Positions 30,834-40,853 are shown, counted from the first letter of the stretch. The stretch: 64,000 nucleotides of DNA from Deltaproteobacteria bacterium (GCA_040223695.1 JAVKFU010000015.1:106534-170533); one strand, 5' to 3'. Translations and numbers: made by a program. The notes: generated from the letters alone by a model not told the origin.

Positions 30834-31323
30834 TTCCTATTATATTACCCCCGGACAGTTTTAGCGCCATCGGGATGTGCAATACCCCGTGAATCGTTTT
30901 CGGTCCGGACGTTTGAACGAACCCCAGGCTCTCATAAAACGGCACGGCGAATGTCGAGGAGTTTACGGTTATCTTTTCCGGGGTTCCGCTGCCTGATCCT
31001 ATCCTTTCAAGCGCGGTTCCGACAAGCTCCTTCGCTATTCCTCTACGGTGAAATTCCTTATCCACGAACAGCATGGATATATGTCTTCTTCCCCTAATCT
31101 CTATAATCCCGGCTATAGCGCCGTCAGTCTCTGCTACTATAGTAATATGATTGCCCAGGGAGCGTTTAGCGAGCTCGCGCGGATTTGCGTATCTGAAGAA
31201 CTCCTCTATTCCGTCTTCTGAAAATTCGGGCGCGATGAACTCGTTAAAGGAACGGGCCACGAGGTTGCAAACCTCCGCCTCCTCGCCCGGTCTCAAGGGT
31301 CTGTAAATTGTGGACTTTGCCAT
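30814..31323 (-). CDS. GNAT family N-acetyltransferase.
   Basis: GNAT motif A (HRRGIAKELVGTAL). Confidence 0.65.
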   Translation of the reverse strand: MAKSTIYRPLRPGEEAEVCNLVARSFNEFIAPEFSEDGIEEFFRYANPRELAKRSLGNHITIVAETDGAIAGIIEIRGRRHISMLFVDKEFHRRGIAKELVGTALERIGSGSGTPEKITVNSSTFAVPFYESLGFVQTSGPKTIHGVLHIPMALKLSGGNIIGNENASA

Positions 31324-31415
31324 TTGCTACCGGAATTACGCTTCAAAAATCTTTATATAAATTAATATTGCTAAACTTTCCTTGATATGCAAAGACCGAT
31401 TGACTGCCGAAAGAA

Positions 31416-31976
31416 TCAGCCGGAGCTTTTAGGCAGCATCCAGGCTATAAGCGTGAAGACTACTGCGATTACGAGAGCGGTTGCAACGCCCGGAATACTA
31501 TCAACTATTACGGGATAGTCAGGGTTGGGAGTGAAAGCGATAGTGGAATCACCGGCGAGTATCCATTTGAAAATCCCCGTGCTCGATACCCTCCCGTGAA
31601 CAAGTATGTACATAAATGCCCCGCCGAGTCCTCCAATCACAAAAAATCCGGCGTCTTTTCTCCCCTCCCCGAGGGCGGCTACACCGGTTCCCGGACAGTA
31701 GCCTCCTACCGCCCATCCGAGTCCCATTATAAGACCCCCCGCGACTACGCCCCAGTGGGTTATCTCGACGGACAGGTGCGAAGGGTCTATGATCCCGAGC
31801 GTCACGCCGAGGAAGAGAAGCACACTCGCTACGGCTATACCGAACAGGGTCGTCTTCATGAGGTGAAAGTCTGTCAGCCTGAGCATATCTATAATCCTCT
31901 GCGGATTCGATGCTCCGACTCTGTGAAGTACGAAGCCGAAGAGCGTGCCTAGTATTACCGCGTACAATAAGTTCAT
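31416..31976 (-). CDS. YeeE/YedE family sulfur-compound transporter half-protein.
   Basis: Polytopic protein with the signature GGYCPGTG loop (DUF395). Confidence 0.65.
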   Translation of the reverse strand: MNLLYAVILGTLFGFVLHRVGASNPQRIIDMLRLTDFHLMKTTLFGIAVASVLLFLGVTLGIIDPSHLSVEITHWGVVAGGLIMGLGWAVGGYCPGTGVAALGEGRKDAGFFVIGGLGGAFMYILVHGRVSSTGIFKWILAGDSTIAFTPNPDYPVIVDSIPGVATALVIAVVFTLIAWMLPKSSG

Positions 31977-31989
31977 CTTGTCCCCTCGG

Positions 31990-32556
31990 TTATTTTCTTC
32001 CGTAAATCAGAATTGCCGCGGGAATCGCGACGGCAAAAGCCGCCATAGCGAAAAGGTATCCGCTTACGGAGGTCTGCATAATGCCGCTCACCATATGCCC
32101 GCTCGTGCTACCCCCTGCGAGCCTTGCTCCGAACAGCACGAGGCCGCCGCCCGTGAGAGCCGCCAGGTACCTCACTGCGGGGGAGTCCCCGAATCTGTTC
32201 CGCCACACCTCGGGGGCTGTTTTATCGCTCCGGGTTGCTTTGGGGCCTTTCGTAATGGAGGAGAGAAAAGCGCCTACAATAATGAACACTACGAATACGA
32301 AGCTATAGTTGAAGGGTTTCGCTATACTCTTGGCGTATTTCCCCCCGCTCTTGTTCAGGTATGAAATGGTGCTCGAATAGCCGGATTCTCTTCCGGGGTC
32401 TTCTTTGATGAGTTGCGGCGTACGTTTGCTCCATATGATTCCGTCAAGTATCACGAACTGGGTAGATACTCCTATCGGCTCTACCGCCCACACCGCCAGC
32501 ACGAATACGATACCCAGCGCAAGCCCGCCCCAAAACCAGTTTAGCTGTCCCGTCAT
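31990..32556 (-). CDS. YeeE/YedE family sulfur-compound transporter half-protein (partner of the downstream gene).
   Basis: Polytopic protein. The signature loop is GGSTSGHMVSG, a Ser-for-Cys variant of GGCTSGHG. Confidence 0.6.
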   Translation of the reverse strand: MTGQLNWFWGGLALGIVFVLAVWAVEPIGVSTQFVILDGIIWSKRTPQLIKEDPGRESGYSSTISYLNKSGGKYAKSIAKPFNYSFVFVVFIIVGAFLSSITKGPKATRSDKTAPEVWRNRFGDSPAVRYLAALTGGGLVLFGARLAGGSTSGHMVSGIMQTSVSGYLFAMAAFAVAIPAAILIYGRK

Positions 32557-32694
32557 TTCTCCGACCTCCGGTGAAATAATACCTTAGTATGTAAGTAGGT
32601 ACTTACACATACTGCGCAGAAGTTAATTATACAGTAATTAGGTATAGCTAGGGTGATTAAATGTATTTAACGAAGCGTATACGTTTCTGCTGAC

Positions 32695-32713
32695 TGTCAG
32701 ATTATAGGACGGG
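32695..32713 (-). promoter_or_regulatory. Second copy of the TGTCAGATTATARGACNG promoter/operator palindrome, upstream of the YeeE/YedE operon.
   Basis: CTGTCAGATTATAGGACGG. The minus strand reads CCGTCCTATAATCTGACAG with a TATAAT -10 box, 137 nt upstream of the start at 32556. Confidence 0.45.
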
Positions 32714-32804
32714 AATAATTACCTGACTGGCCGTTCTTCCCGCCTCTATAGAATTTTTCGTTCTCATACTCGACGGACTTAAGCTTAGGTGTAATTTCTA
32801 CTCT

Positions 32805-33182
32805 TCACCCCCGTACCCACTCCATCGCCTCTTCCTTCTCCTCGAAAGAGAAGTGTCTGACCTCTATGTGGGGGAAGAGCCGGGAGGCGAATTTTACCCA
32901 GGTTTCTATCCAGCCCTTGTCGGAGACAACGGCCTCTTTCTCGAAGTCCCTCCAGTGCCTGAGATTAAAGTGTATGTCTTTCATGAGCGTGTTTACGGAC
33001 ATGCCGCCTACCTTTTCTACCTCCGCATATACGCGGAGCTTCTCGTGATTCTTCAGCTTTTCCTCGATCATGCCGAGAGCCTCGTCGAATTCCTCATCCT
33101 CGATACGGCCCTTCAGCCGGAACCCTATTATGTTCCCTTCCTCGAACGGAATAATTTCAAGCATGGTACCTCCCTGGTTCAC
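32805..33182 (-). CDS. SpoIIAA-like/STAS-fold protein (DUF3478-like).
   Basis: Small alpha/beta protein (EIIPFEEGNIIGFRLKGRIEDEEFDEA...). This is a fold-level call only. Confidence 0.4.
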   Translation of the reverse strand: MNQGGTMLEIIPFEEGNIIGFRLKGRIEDEEFDEALGMIEEKLKNHEKLRVYAEVEKVGGMSVNTLMKDIHFNLRHWRDFEKEAVVSDKGWIETWVKFASRLFPHIEVRHFSFEEKEEAMEWVRG

Positions 33183-33198
33183 ATAACCGCTTCAAGCT

Positions 33199-33999
33199 TT
33201 AAGGAGTCGCCGATTTGCCGAGCTGGTTTTCGATGCAGTAGAGTGTCATGCGGTAGTCGTATGTATTCCCCTTCTTCCATACATTGCTGCAGCCCTGCAT
33301 CACATTTCTCTCTTTAGTGCCCGGCGGGTACATCTCAACCATCCTGTTTAGCCTGCCCATGGCTTCAGTCTGGTTCTTTGTGCAGTAGTCCTGCATCCTC
33401 TGGTCCCCAGGCCAGCTGCTTGCGCACATCTGCTGAATTTTGTTGTTCACGGTGGCAGCAGTTTGCTTGGATGTCGGCGCGGCTGCGGGTGCGGACGCGG
33501 GCCGGGAAATTAATTCATTTACCTTGCGGATTTTAGCGTCCGCCGATACGAGTTTTAGCCGTGCATTTTCCGACGTCTCGGCTTTTGTCCTATTCTCGGT
33601 CGCGGTGCATGCCCCAGCGTAGAGCTTGAGCCCTGTGGAGTAGTCGCCTATCGCCTCAAGCGCGGTCGATTGAACGGGCATCATTCTCGGCGGGGGCGCT
33701 ATCGAGCTTAGGCGCAGTCTGAGGGATTCCACTATTCCCTGATAGTATCCGAACTCGTAGGAGCACTTGTCGGTAGCCTCGGACTGAAGACCCACAGCGG
33801 TATTGGTTACGGTCTTTCCTACCTCCGACAGTTCGTAGAGAATCGGCGTAATCCCTTTCAGATATATTTTCTCTTTGTTTGTATAAGTATCGGCGCTTGC
33901 TTCTTCGGCAGAGAGAGAGCAGAATACGGTCGCCGTTATTAAAAATACAGACAGTAAAGATACGAGTACCCTTTTGTTAACAACCGTTAAAATATTCAT
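33199..33999 (-). CDS. Secreted protein of unknown function, paralog of 43011..44468.
   Basis: Signal peptide. The N-terminal block (EKIYLKGITPILYE...APPPRM...GDYSTGLKLYAGAC) and the Cys-rich C-terminal block (CASSWPGD..C....GNTYDYRMTLYC) are both shared with the distant paralog. Confidence 0.6.
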   Translation of the reverse strand: MNILTVVNKRVLVSLLSVFLITATVFCSLSAEEASADTYTNKEKIYLKGITPILYELSEVGKTVTNTAVGLQSEATDKCSYEFGYYQGIVESLRLRLSSIAPPPRMMPVQSTALEAIGDYSTGLKLYAGACTATENRTKAETSENARLKLVSADAKIRKVNELISRPASAPAAAPTSKQTAATVNNKIQQMCASSWPGDQRMQDYCTKNQTEAMGRLNRMVEMYPPGTKERNVMQGCSNVWKKGNTYDYRMTLYCIENQLGKSATP

Positions 34000-34384
34000 G
34001 GTGTATCTATCCTCCTTGTGGTTTTACGACTGCTCGACCGGACACCGGTCTTGATACGAGTATAAAATAAATTACATGATAAAGGGATAAGTTTTAAATA
34101 AATATTTCCTTTAAGCTCTTTTGCTTGAGCACGTATTCTGTAATATATTCACAACCTGTATTGACTGAATTCCAAATCCGGACGCCGTGATTCGCCTAGC
34201 TGATCTGACCCGCAAATTCCGGTTCCAATGTGTTTATTGAGTGTTTTAGGGTTATTATTATAAATATAAGGTCTAAATCTGCTTATAAAAGAAAAAGCCC
34301 GATCCCCATGTAAGTAATAAACATATCCGCTTGGAATCACCTCACTGTTTCGGCATTATGGGTCGGGAAGGGAGGGATTAAGAG

Positions 34385-35671
34385 ATGATAGCCGAGATTG
34401 AAAATCCGTCGAGAATAACTTCAGCCGAAATAGTTGTGGGTATTCCTTCGTACAATGAAGCGGATTCCATATATTTTCCCGTTGAGCAGGCCAGCAAGGG
34501 GCTCATGATTCACTACCCTCACAAGTCGTCGGTCATCGTGAATGTGGACAACTGCTCTCCCGACGGAACCAAAGACGCGTTCTTCAGCACGCCGACAAAA
34601 GTACCGAAAATTTATGCCTCCACTAAGGAGGGAGAAAAAGGTAAAGGCAGGAACGTTCATAATCTTCTTGAGATTTCAGCGGGTCTTGGCGCAAAGGCGG
34701 TAATACTCCTGGATGCAGACCTCAGGAGCCTCACGCCGCGCTGGATCAGATATTTTCTCGAGCCTCTGGAGGACGGCTATGACTTCGTGGTGCCTATATA
34801 CATGAGGCATAAGTACGACGGAACCATTACGAATAACATAGCTTATCCGCTTTTACGCACACTCTTCGGTTTACGCATCAGACAGCCCATAGCGGGTGAT
34901 TTCGCTATTTCAGGCAGGCTTGCGAACGCGTTCATGCTTGAGCCTACCTGGGACGAGTACGTTTGTAATTTCGGAATAGACATATGGATGACCATTGTAG
35001 CCATCAGCCGTAATTTCAAGGTCTGCCAGGCCTTTCTCGGCTCTTCAAAGACTCACCGTCCCAAGGATCCTGCGAGCGACCTAGGTCCTATGTTCTCACA
35101 GGTTGTGGGTTCTATATTCAATACGATCAAGACATTCGAGTATGTGTGGAAGAATATCGAAGAATCCCGGCCCAGCGTTATATACGGATTCGGTCTGGGG
35201 CAGTCGGGCGTAAAAGAAGAGGTGAAGGTCAGCACCAATCTGCTGCATAAATCATTTATAAACGGATTTGAGGACTACGGCGATATATGGCAGCAAGTGC
35301 TCATGCCCTCCAATATTCAGGTGCTTGACAGGCTGAGCCATTCAAGCCCCGATCAGCTTCATTACGAGGCTGACGAATGGGTAAAGGTTTTGTTTGATTT
35401 TGCGCTCGCCTCGATTTTCAACAAGGATATTGACAAGAACAAGCTGTTAGAGGCGCTTATCCCTCTTTATTATTCCTGCACTCTTTCGTTCGTGAACAAG
35501 GTCTCCTCGATGGACGACGCCGAAACCGAATTATATCTTGAGGATAGAGCCCGCAGGTTCGAGGAATCCAAGTACTATCTGATTGAGAGATGGAACCAGC
35601 TCACCAGGCACAACGGCAACAGGAGGCTCTATCAGATGCTCACCGGGAACAGGAACATAGTCGATGAGTGA
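34385..35671 (+). CDS. GT-A fold glycosyltransferase (family 2/81-like, possibly glucosyl/mannosyl-glycerate type).
   Basis: VVGIPSYNEADSI nucleotide-binding start and a DxD-like motif (LLDADLRSL). Confidence 0.5.
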   Translation: MIAEIENPSRITSAEIVVGIPSYNEADSIYFPVEQASKGLMIHYPHKSSVIVNVDNCSPDGTKDAFFSTPTKVPKIYASTKEGEKGKGRNVHNLLEISAGLGAKAVILLDADLRSLTPRWIRYFLEPLEDGYDFVVPIYMRHKYDGTITNNIAYPLLRTLFGLRIRQPIAGDFAISGRLANAFMLEPTWDEYVCNFGIDIWMTIVAISRNFKVCQAFLGSSKTHRPKDPASDLGPMFSQVVGSIFNTIKTFEYVWKNIEESRPSVIYGFGLGQSGVKEEVKVSTNLLHKSFINGFEDYGDIWQQVLMPSNIQVLDRLSHSSPDQLHYEADEWVKVLFDFALASIFNKDIDKNKLLEALIPLYYSCTLSFVNKVSSMDDAETELYLEDRARRFEESKYYLIERWNQLTRHNGNRRLYQMLTGNRNIVDE

Positions 35672-35962
35672 GTCGTTTTAGTGTTCCGGTGCTATTGTTA
35701 GCGCGTATATGAAGCACATAGTACAAGCAGGTGCTTTTCTGATCAATATCCGGAAAAATTTCCCTGTTAAAAAACCCTGCATTGTTGATTTATTCACAGA
35801 TGCTGCTGTTCGATTTCTTACAATTACATATAGTCCGAACATCTGGCTTTTTGTCTAATCCGCTGTCAAAACTCGCTTTATCCTTCTTCAATAATATGGC
35901 ACGCCTATTGCACTAACAATATAATAAGGAGCTTTTAAATTTACACATAGGAGGTAGTAATT

Positions 35963-36610
35963 ATGAAGAAGTTCATGACTTTAGCTGCGGTCGTCGTGAC
36001 GGCAGGAGCTTTGGGGCTCGGTGTTACGGGTTACGCAGATGATAACAAAACACAGTACGAGCAGCAGGACCAGCCTTATCACGATACACACCCTCACAAG
36101 AGCGATCAGATAATACAGCAGAAGAATAGACCGCATAATAGTGGTGATTCTATGCTGGATCAGCGGAATGAATCCGGGACCGACAGGGGGAATTATCAGA
36201 GCCGCCAGATGAGCCCTGATAACCGGAACTCATCCGGCAACGTCCAGGGAACAGTGACTCTGGTAGGCAATCGAGTAATAAATATTAGCGAGCCTAACGG
36301 AATGAAGCATCAGGTCAGGGTAAGCGAATCCCAGGAGAAAGCCATAACGACCGGATACAATATCAGTGCGGATATCAGGAACGGCAAGCTCGTTTCCTTC
36401 CAGGAGATGGGTGTTGCGCCTGATGTTAAGAATGTAGTTTATCAGTCTGAAAACTTGCCGGATATAAATGTACTGGAAAACCGGGGTACCGCGATACCTG
36501 GAGATGAGCCAATGATGAACCGGCAGCAGCCCGGAATGAATCAGGGTCAGCAGCCTGGCCAGGATATGCCTCGGGATCAGCATCAGGACCATATGATGGA
36601 TCAATATTAG
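35963..36610 (+). CDS. Secreted Gln/Asn/His-rich low-complexity protein of unknown function.
   Basis: Strong RBS (AGGAGG) and a Sec signal peptide (MKKFMTLAAVVVTAGALGLGVTGYA). The C-terminal Q/H/M-rich tail suggests possible metal binding. Confidence 0.5.
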   Translation: MKKFMTLAAVVVTAGALGLGVTGYADDNKTQYEQQDQPYHDTHPHKSDQIIQQKNRPHNSGDSMLDQRNESGTDRGNYQSRQMSPDNRNSSGNVQGTVTLVGNRVINISEPNGMKHQVRVSESQEKAITTGYNISADIRNGKLVSFQEMGVAPDVKNVVYQSENLPDINVLENRGTAIPGDEPMMNRQQPGMNQGQQPGQDMPRDQHQDHMMDQY

Positions 36611-36943
36611 TTGAAAATAAGAGAAATGAAAGTCTATGGCCGCCGAGCTCTTATCAGCCTGACCTGCTTCGTTAATCTATTCACGAAGCGGGCCTTTTAT
36701 ATACCCGTATGTCCTCCACAGGCGTGCGGGTTTTTTATTTTAGTAAAGCCGCATAAGATGCAAAGAATCTAACTGAATGGCTCTCGGAGGTTAGAATAAA
36801 GCGGGATTTGAAATTGCTATCTTTTGGTATATATTGATCTTGCCCCGCGGAATAATGGTTTCCTTCATTTACTGTACTCAGGTCTAGTTGCTCTTATTCA
36901 TTTCCGGTTTTCCGTTCGGGGTTTCCGTACTTTAAGGTTAATT

Positions 36944-37408
36944 ATGAAATATCTCGTTATCGCGGGCTTATTCTTTACATTGCTGACATCGTGCGTTGAA
37001 GTGGGTGATTCGGGCTCAAACCCTATACAGGGCGAGGTCGTAGTGAGAAGGGGGCTTACCGACTCTGAAATTGAAGTCTGGATAGAGCAGGCCGAGTGTA
37101 TGGAGTCCGAGAGCAAATCGAGAGCCGATATTGAGGACCTCGACGCGATCGAAGTACCCTTTGTCGATGAAATTACCATAAGAAAGGAACTTTCCTGCGG
37201 CGGGATTCCACCCGATAACCTTGTGGCCTGTCAGACGCAGAAGGAGATAGCGTTTCTTAACGGTCTGGATCAGGATACATTCCTGAGAGCGCTCAGGCAT
37301 GAGGAAATACATTTCATACTGTTTTTTTTGACCGGAAATAACGACAGAAATCACCGGAGTATATGGTTCGATCTCGAAGAAAGCCCCTGTCCCGAAACCG
37401 GTCTCTGA
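36944..37408 (+). CDS. Small lipoprotein with an HExxH motif (putative zinc-peptidase-like).
   Basis: The internal start MKYLVIAGLFFTLLTSC gives a lipoprotein signal. It has HEEIH near the C-terminus. The upstream 40 codons in the ORF track are probably not translated. Confidence 0.4.
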   Translation: MKYLVIAGLFFTLLTSCVEVGDSGSNPIQGEVVVRRGLTDSEIEVWIEQAECMESESKSRADIEDLDAIEVPFVDEITIRKELSCGGIPPDNLVACQTQKEIAFLNGLDQDTFLRALRHEEIHFILFFLTGNNDRNHRSIWFDLEESPCPETGL

Positions 37409-37481
37409 GAAGTATAATTATCTTACTCCCCTTAGATTTTAATAGGATCCGTCATACAGGGCGTTCCTGAGAGCTTCAATA

Positions 37482-38435
37482 TCAATCGTCAAGTTTTACG
37501 GGAGAGACAAACCCCTCGGGTTTAACCGTCAATACCGAGCAGTTCACCTGGTTCAGAACCGATTCCGCCGTGTTTCCAATTATTATCCCTGGAAGCCCCG
37601 TGCGGCAGAGAGTGCCCATTACGATGAGATCAATTTTCTCTTTCTTTGCGACTTTAGGAATTAGTAGAGACGGGTCCCCTTTGAGCAGGTGCACCCTGTA
37701 TTGTGTTTTTCCCATCCTTTTCCTGCTGAGGAGTTTATCAAGAGATTCCTGATGAAAACCTTTTTCAACCTTTATCAGTCTTTTCATCTCCGCCTCTGTC
37801 TTTCTGAAGCGCGGTCCGCGCAGAATGTTTTCCCCGAAGACGCTCCAGGCGTGAACAATGTGGAGCTCGCTGTCGTCGAGTTTTGATAATGAAAGGGCCA
37901 AATCCATTATAAGATCATTCAATCTGTCGGTTTTTTCGTCAAAGGGGTCTGGGTCAACCGCCGCCAGAATACGCGAATACTTATCCGCTTTGGAAGGTTT
38001 GACAATCCAGACCGGGGATGGACACTTGCGCATCAGGCTGATGTCGATACCTCCGAAGAACATTTTCCTTGTTCCGTCTTTTCCTTCTGCGGTTTTCATA
38101 ACGAGGTCGTGTTTGTTTCTGAGCACTTCCTTAATTATCTCGATATGGGGCTTTCCCGTTAATATTTTTACTTCGGCTTTAACCCGTATTCTTTTTTCAG
38201 TGCTTTTAATCAGATCTCTGATCTCCGAGGCTTTCTCTTCACAGGCTATCTTCTCGAATTCCTTAATCGGAACCTTGTCGATGTAATCCTCTGTCTTGGA
38301 GGGAATTTCCTCGAGTACGTATACTACGGTTAATCCGGCCTTGTTCTGTTTAGCCAGGGTGAAAGCCCGCTCAAGCGCTTCGCCGGCGCTGTCCCTTCCG
38401 TCATACGCTAAAAGTATTTTCCTGAATCTTTTCAT
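37482..38435 (-). CDS. Universal stress protein, tandem UspA domains (UspE-like).
   Basis: Two Usp repeats (ILLAYDGRDSAGEAL..., ILAAVDPDPFDEKTD...) with the ATP-binding G-x2-G-x9-G(S/T) motif region. Confidence 0.75.
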   Translation of the reverse strand: MKRFRKILLAYDGRDSAGEALERAFTLAKQNKAGLTVVYVLEEIPSKTEDYIDKVPIKEFEKIACEEKASEIRDLIKSTEKRIRVKAEVKILTGKPHIEIIKEVLRNKHDLVMKTAEGKDGTRKMFFGGIDISLMRKCPSPVWIVKPSKADKYSRILAAVDPDPFDEKTDRLNDLIMDLALSLSKLDDSELHIVHAWSVFGENILRGPRFRKTEAEMKRLIKVEKGFHQESLDKLLSRKRMGKTQYRVHLLKGDPSLLIPKVAKKEKIDLIVMGTLCRTGLPGIIIGNTAESVLNQVNCSVLTVKPEGFVSPVKLDD

Positions 38436-38656
38436 TGACTCTTCCGCCGCTTGTCAGAATTTTCTGATTGAATTTACTTGTTTGTCCGATTTTATCAAAT
38501 CGCGTATATGGTAAAGAGTTTACCTTTTCCGCAATTGCCTGATTGTTCATTCGAGAATCCCGTGCATGTTTCTTGACTCGCACCGCTCTTAGTGTAGCTT
38601 ATCATGAGATTTTTCTTGCCGGTACAATATCTAAGCTAAATGTATATATTAAAACT

Positions 38657-39757
38657 ATGGGACTGAAATGCGGAATAATAGGGCTTCCCAATGTGGGAAA
38701 GTCAACCCTTTTTAACGCGCTAACCAACGCGGGAGCGGAAGTCGGTAATTTCCCCTTTTGCACGATTGAGGATAACGTCGGGATAATTCCGGTAGCCGAC
38801 GACAGGCTTCACAGGATAGCGGAGCTGGTAAAGCCTCAGAAAATCACGCCGACCTACCTCGAAGTCGTCGATATAGCGGGGCTTGTAAAGGGGGCGTCCG
38901 AGGGGAAGGGCAGGGGGAACGCCTTTCTCGCGAGCATAAGGGAAGTTGATCTGATCCTTCACACTGTGCGCTGCTTTGAGGACGATAACGTAATGCACGT
39001 TGAGGGCTCTACGGATGCTCTCCGCGACATCCATATAATAGAGGACGAGCTTCTGCTCAAGGATTTAGAGACCGTTGAGAGGCGCGAGGAAAGGCTTCAG
39101 TCCCAGGCTAAGAGCGGGGATGTAAAAACAAAGGAAACGCTTGAGGTGGTAAAACGCCTGAGGGAATTTGTGGAGGAGGGCAACAAGGTCAGGAACTTCC
39201 CTTCGGACGGAGAAACCGGAAGGATTATAAAAGAGATGTATCTTCTGACCGGAATTCCCGTTCTCTATGTTTGCAACGTAGGCGAGGACGATATCCCTGA
39301 CGCCGCGGGCAACGAGGAAGTACGGAAAGTAAGGGATTATGCAGAAAAGAACGAATCGGATGTAATCGTCCTATCCGCTAAAATAGAGTCTGAAATTGCC
39401 GAGCTCCCGTACGAAGAGAAAAAAATGTTTCTAAGCGAGCTCGGGCTCGAGACCTCGGGACTCGACAGGCTGATAAAGGTAGCTTATGATAAACTCGGAC
39501 TAATAACCTTTTTTACCCAGGGGTCAAAGGAAGTCAGGGCGTGGACGCTCAGAAAGAACGTCAAGGCTCCTCAGGCGGCGGGCGCTATCCACTCCGACTT
39601 CGAGAGGGGGTTTATAAGGGCCGAAACGGCGTCGTATGACGACTTCGTTTCAGCGGGCTCCGAAGCCGCCCTCAAGGAGGCGGGCAAAATGAGGTCCGAA
39701 GGAAAAGAATACGTTGTAAAAGACGGGGACATACTGCTTTTCAGATTCAATGTATAA
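38657..39757 (+). CDS. ychF: Ribosome-binding ATPase YchF (Obg-family GTPase).
   Basis: G1 motif GLKCGIIGLPNVGKSTLFNALT, G-domain motifs and a C-terminal TGS domain (DFERGFIRAE..VKDGDILLFRFNV). The start is taken at the internal ATG with MGLKCG. Confidence 0.85.
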   Translation: MGLKCGIIGLPNVGKSTLFNALTNAGAEVGNFPFCTIEDNVGIIPVADDRLHRIAELVKPQKITPTYLEVVDIAGLVKGASEGKGRGNAFLASIREVDLILHTVRCFEDDNVMHVEGSTDALRDIHIIEDELLLKDLETVERREERLQSQAKSGDVKTKETLEVVKRLREFVEEGNKVRNFPSDGETGRIIKEMYLLTGIPVLYVCNVGEDDIPDAAGNEEVRKVRDYAEKNESDVIVLSAKIESEIAELPYEEKKMFLSELGLETSGLDRLIKVAYDKLGLITFFTQGSKEVRAWTLRKNVKAPQAAGAIHSDFERGFIRAETASYDDFVSAGSEAALKEAGKMRSEGKEYVVKDGDILLFRFNV

Positions 39758-40853
39758 AGAGATTGTAAGGCCCATTCTGAATAAGCTCGATTCCGAGACT
39801 TTTCACGACCTGGCGCGTGAGTCTCTCCACTTTGCCGAAATCTCCCCGATAACCCTAAAACTGGTTGAATTTTTTGCGCACACGCACAAGAGGTTCGCCG
39901 ACCCCAGGCTCAATGTTAATTTGGGCGGCGTCAGGTTCGAGAATCCGCTCATCGTAGGTGCGGGGTGGGATAAGGCCGGACGCGCGGTGCTGGCGCTGTG
40001 GCGCCTCGGCTTTGCGAGCGTGGAGGTAGGCTCCGTTCTCGAGTACAGGCAGCCCGGAAACCCGAAGCCGCGTCTTTTTATGGTCTCTGACGGCGTGGCT
40101 ATCAACTGGCTTGCGTTCAACAGTCCCGGCATGGATCTGGTGGCGAAGAATCTCGACCGCTACAAGGGGTCAGGCGTCCCGATAGGGATAAGCATAGGGC
40201 TCAACAGGGACGCGGACCAGGAATACGCCCCCGAGGCTTACGCCGCTGTGGCGAAGAGAATGTACGAATACGCGGATTATTACGCTATTAATATTAGCTC
40301 GCCCAATACGCCCGGGCTCAGGAATCTCCAGGCCAGGGAGAGCGGAAACGATATAATTCAGGCTGTGAACGAGTCTATGGACGGGGAAGGGGGGAGAAAG
40401 CCATTGTTCGTTAAAATCGCCCCCGAGCTCTCGTTTAAGGAAATCGACGACATCATAGAGATTGCGCTCGACCATTCGATTACCGGCATTATCGCCTCCA
40501 ATACCGCCAATGTTCCCGAGCTTAAGGCTAGGTACGGCGAGAGATGGAGGAATCAGATAGGCGGACTCAGCGGAGACGACGAAGAGTACAGGAGGATGAC
40601 TACCCGGCAAGTTGCGCACATATACAGGCAGGCGGGGGATAAGCTCGATATTATAGGCGTGGGGGGGATAAAGGACGCCGGGACCGCGCTTGAGAAAATC
40701 AGGGCGGGCGCGAAGGCGCTTCAGCTTGTCACGGCTATTCGCGGGGAAGGGCCGGGTGTGGCAGGTAAGATAAACATGGGGATTGCGGACTATATGTCCC
40801 GGCACGGAATCAAGTCAATAGACGAGATCGTCGGCATTGACGCTGGTAAATAA
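39750..40853 (+). CDS. pyrD: Dihydroorotate dehydrogenase (quinone), class 2.
   Basis: N-terminal membrane-association helix, GVRFENPLIVGAGWDKAG, NPKPRLF and FMN/orotate binding blocks. Confidence 0.8.
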   Translation: MYKEIVRPILNKLDSETFHDLARESLHFAEISPITLKLVEFFAHTHKRFADPRLNVNLGGVRFENPLIVGAGWDKAGRAVLALWRLGFASVEVGSVLEYRQPGNPKPRLFMVSDGVAINWLAFNSPGMDLVAKNLDRYKGSGVPIGISIGLNRDADQEYAPEAYAAVAKRMYEYADYYAINISSPNTPGLRNLQARESGNDIIQAVNESMDGEGGRKPLFVKIAPELSFKEIDDIIEIALDHSITGIIASNTANVPELKARYGERWRNQIGGLSGDDEEYRRMTTRQVAHIYRQAGDKLDIIGVGGIKDAGTALEKIRAGAKALQLVTAIRGEGPGVAGKINMGIADYMSRHGIKSIDEIVGIDAGK

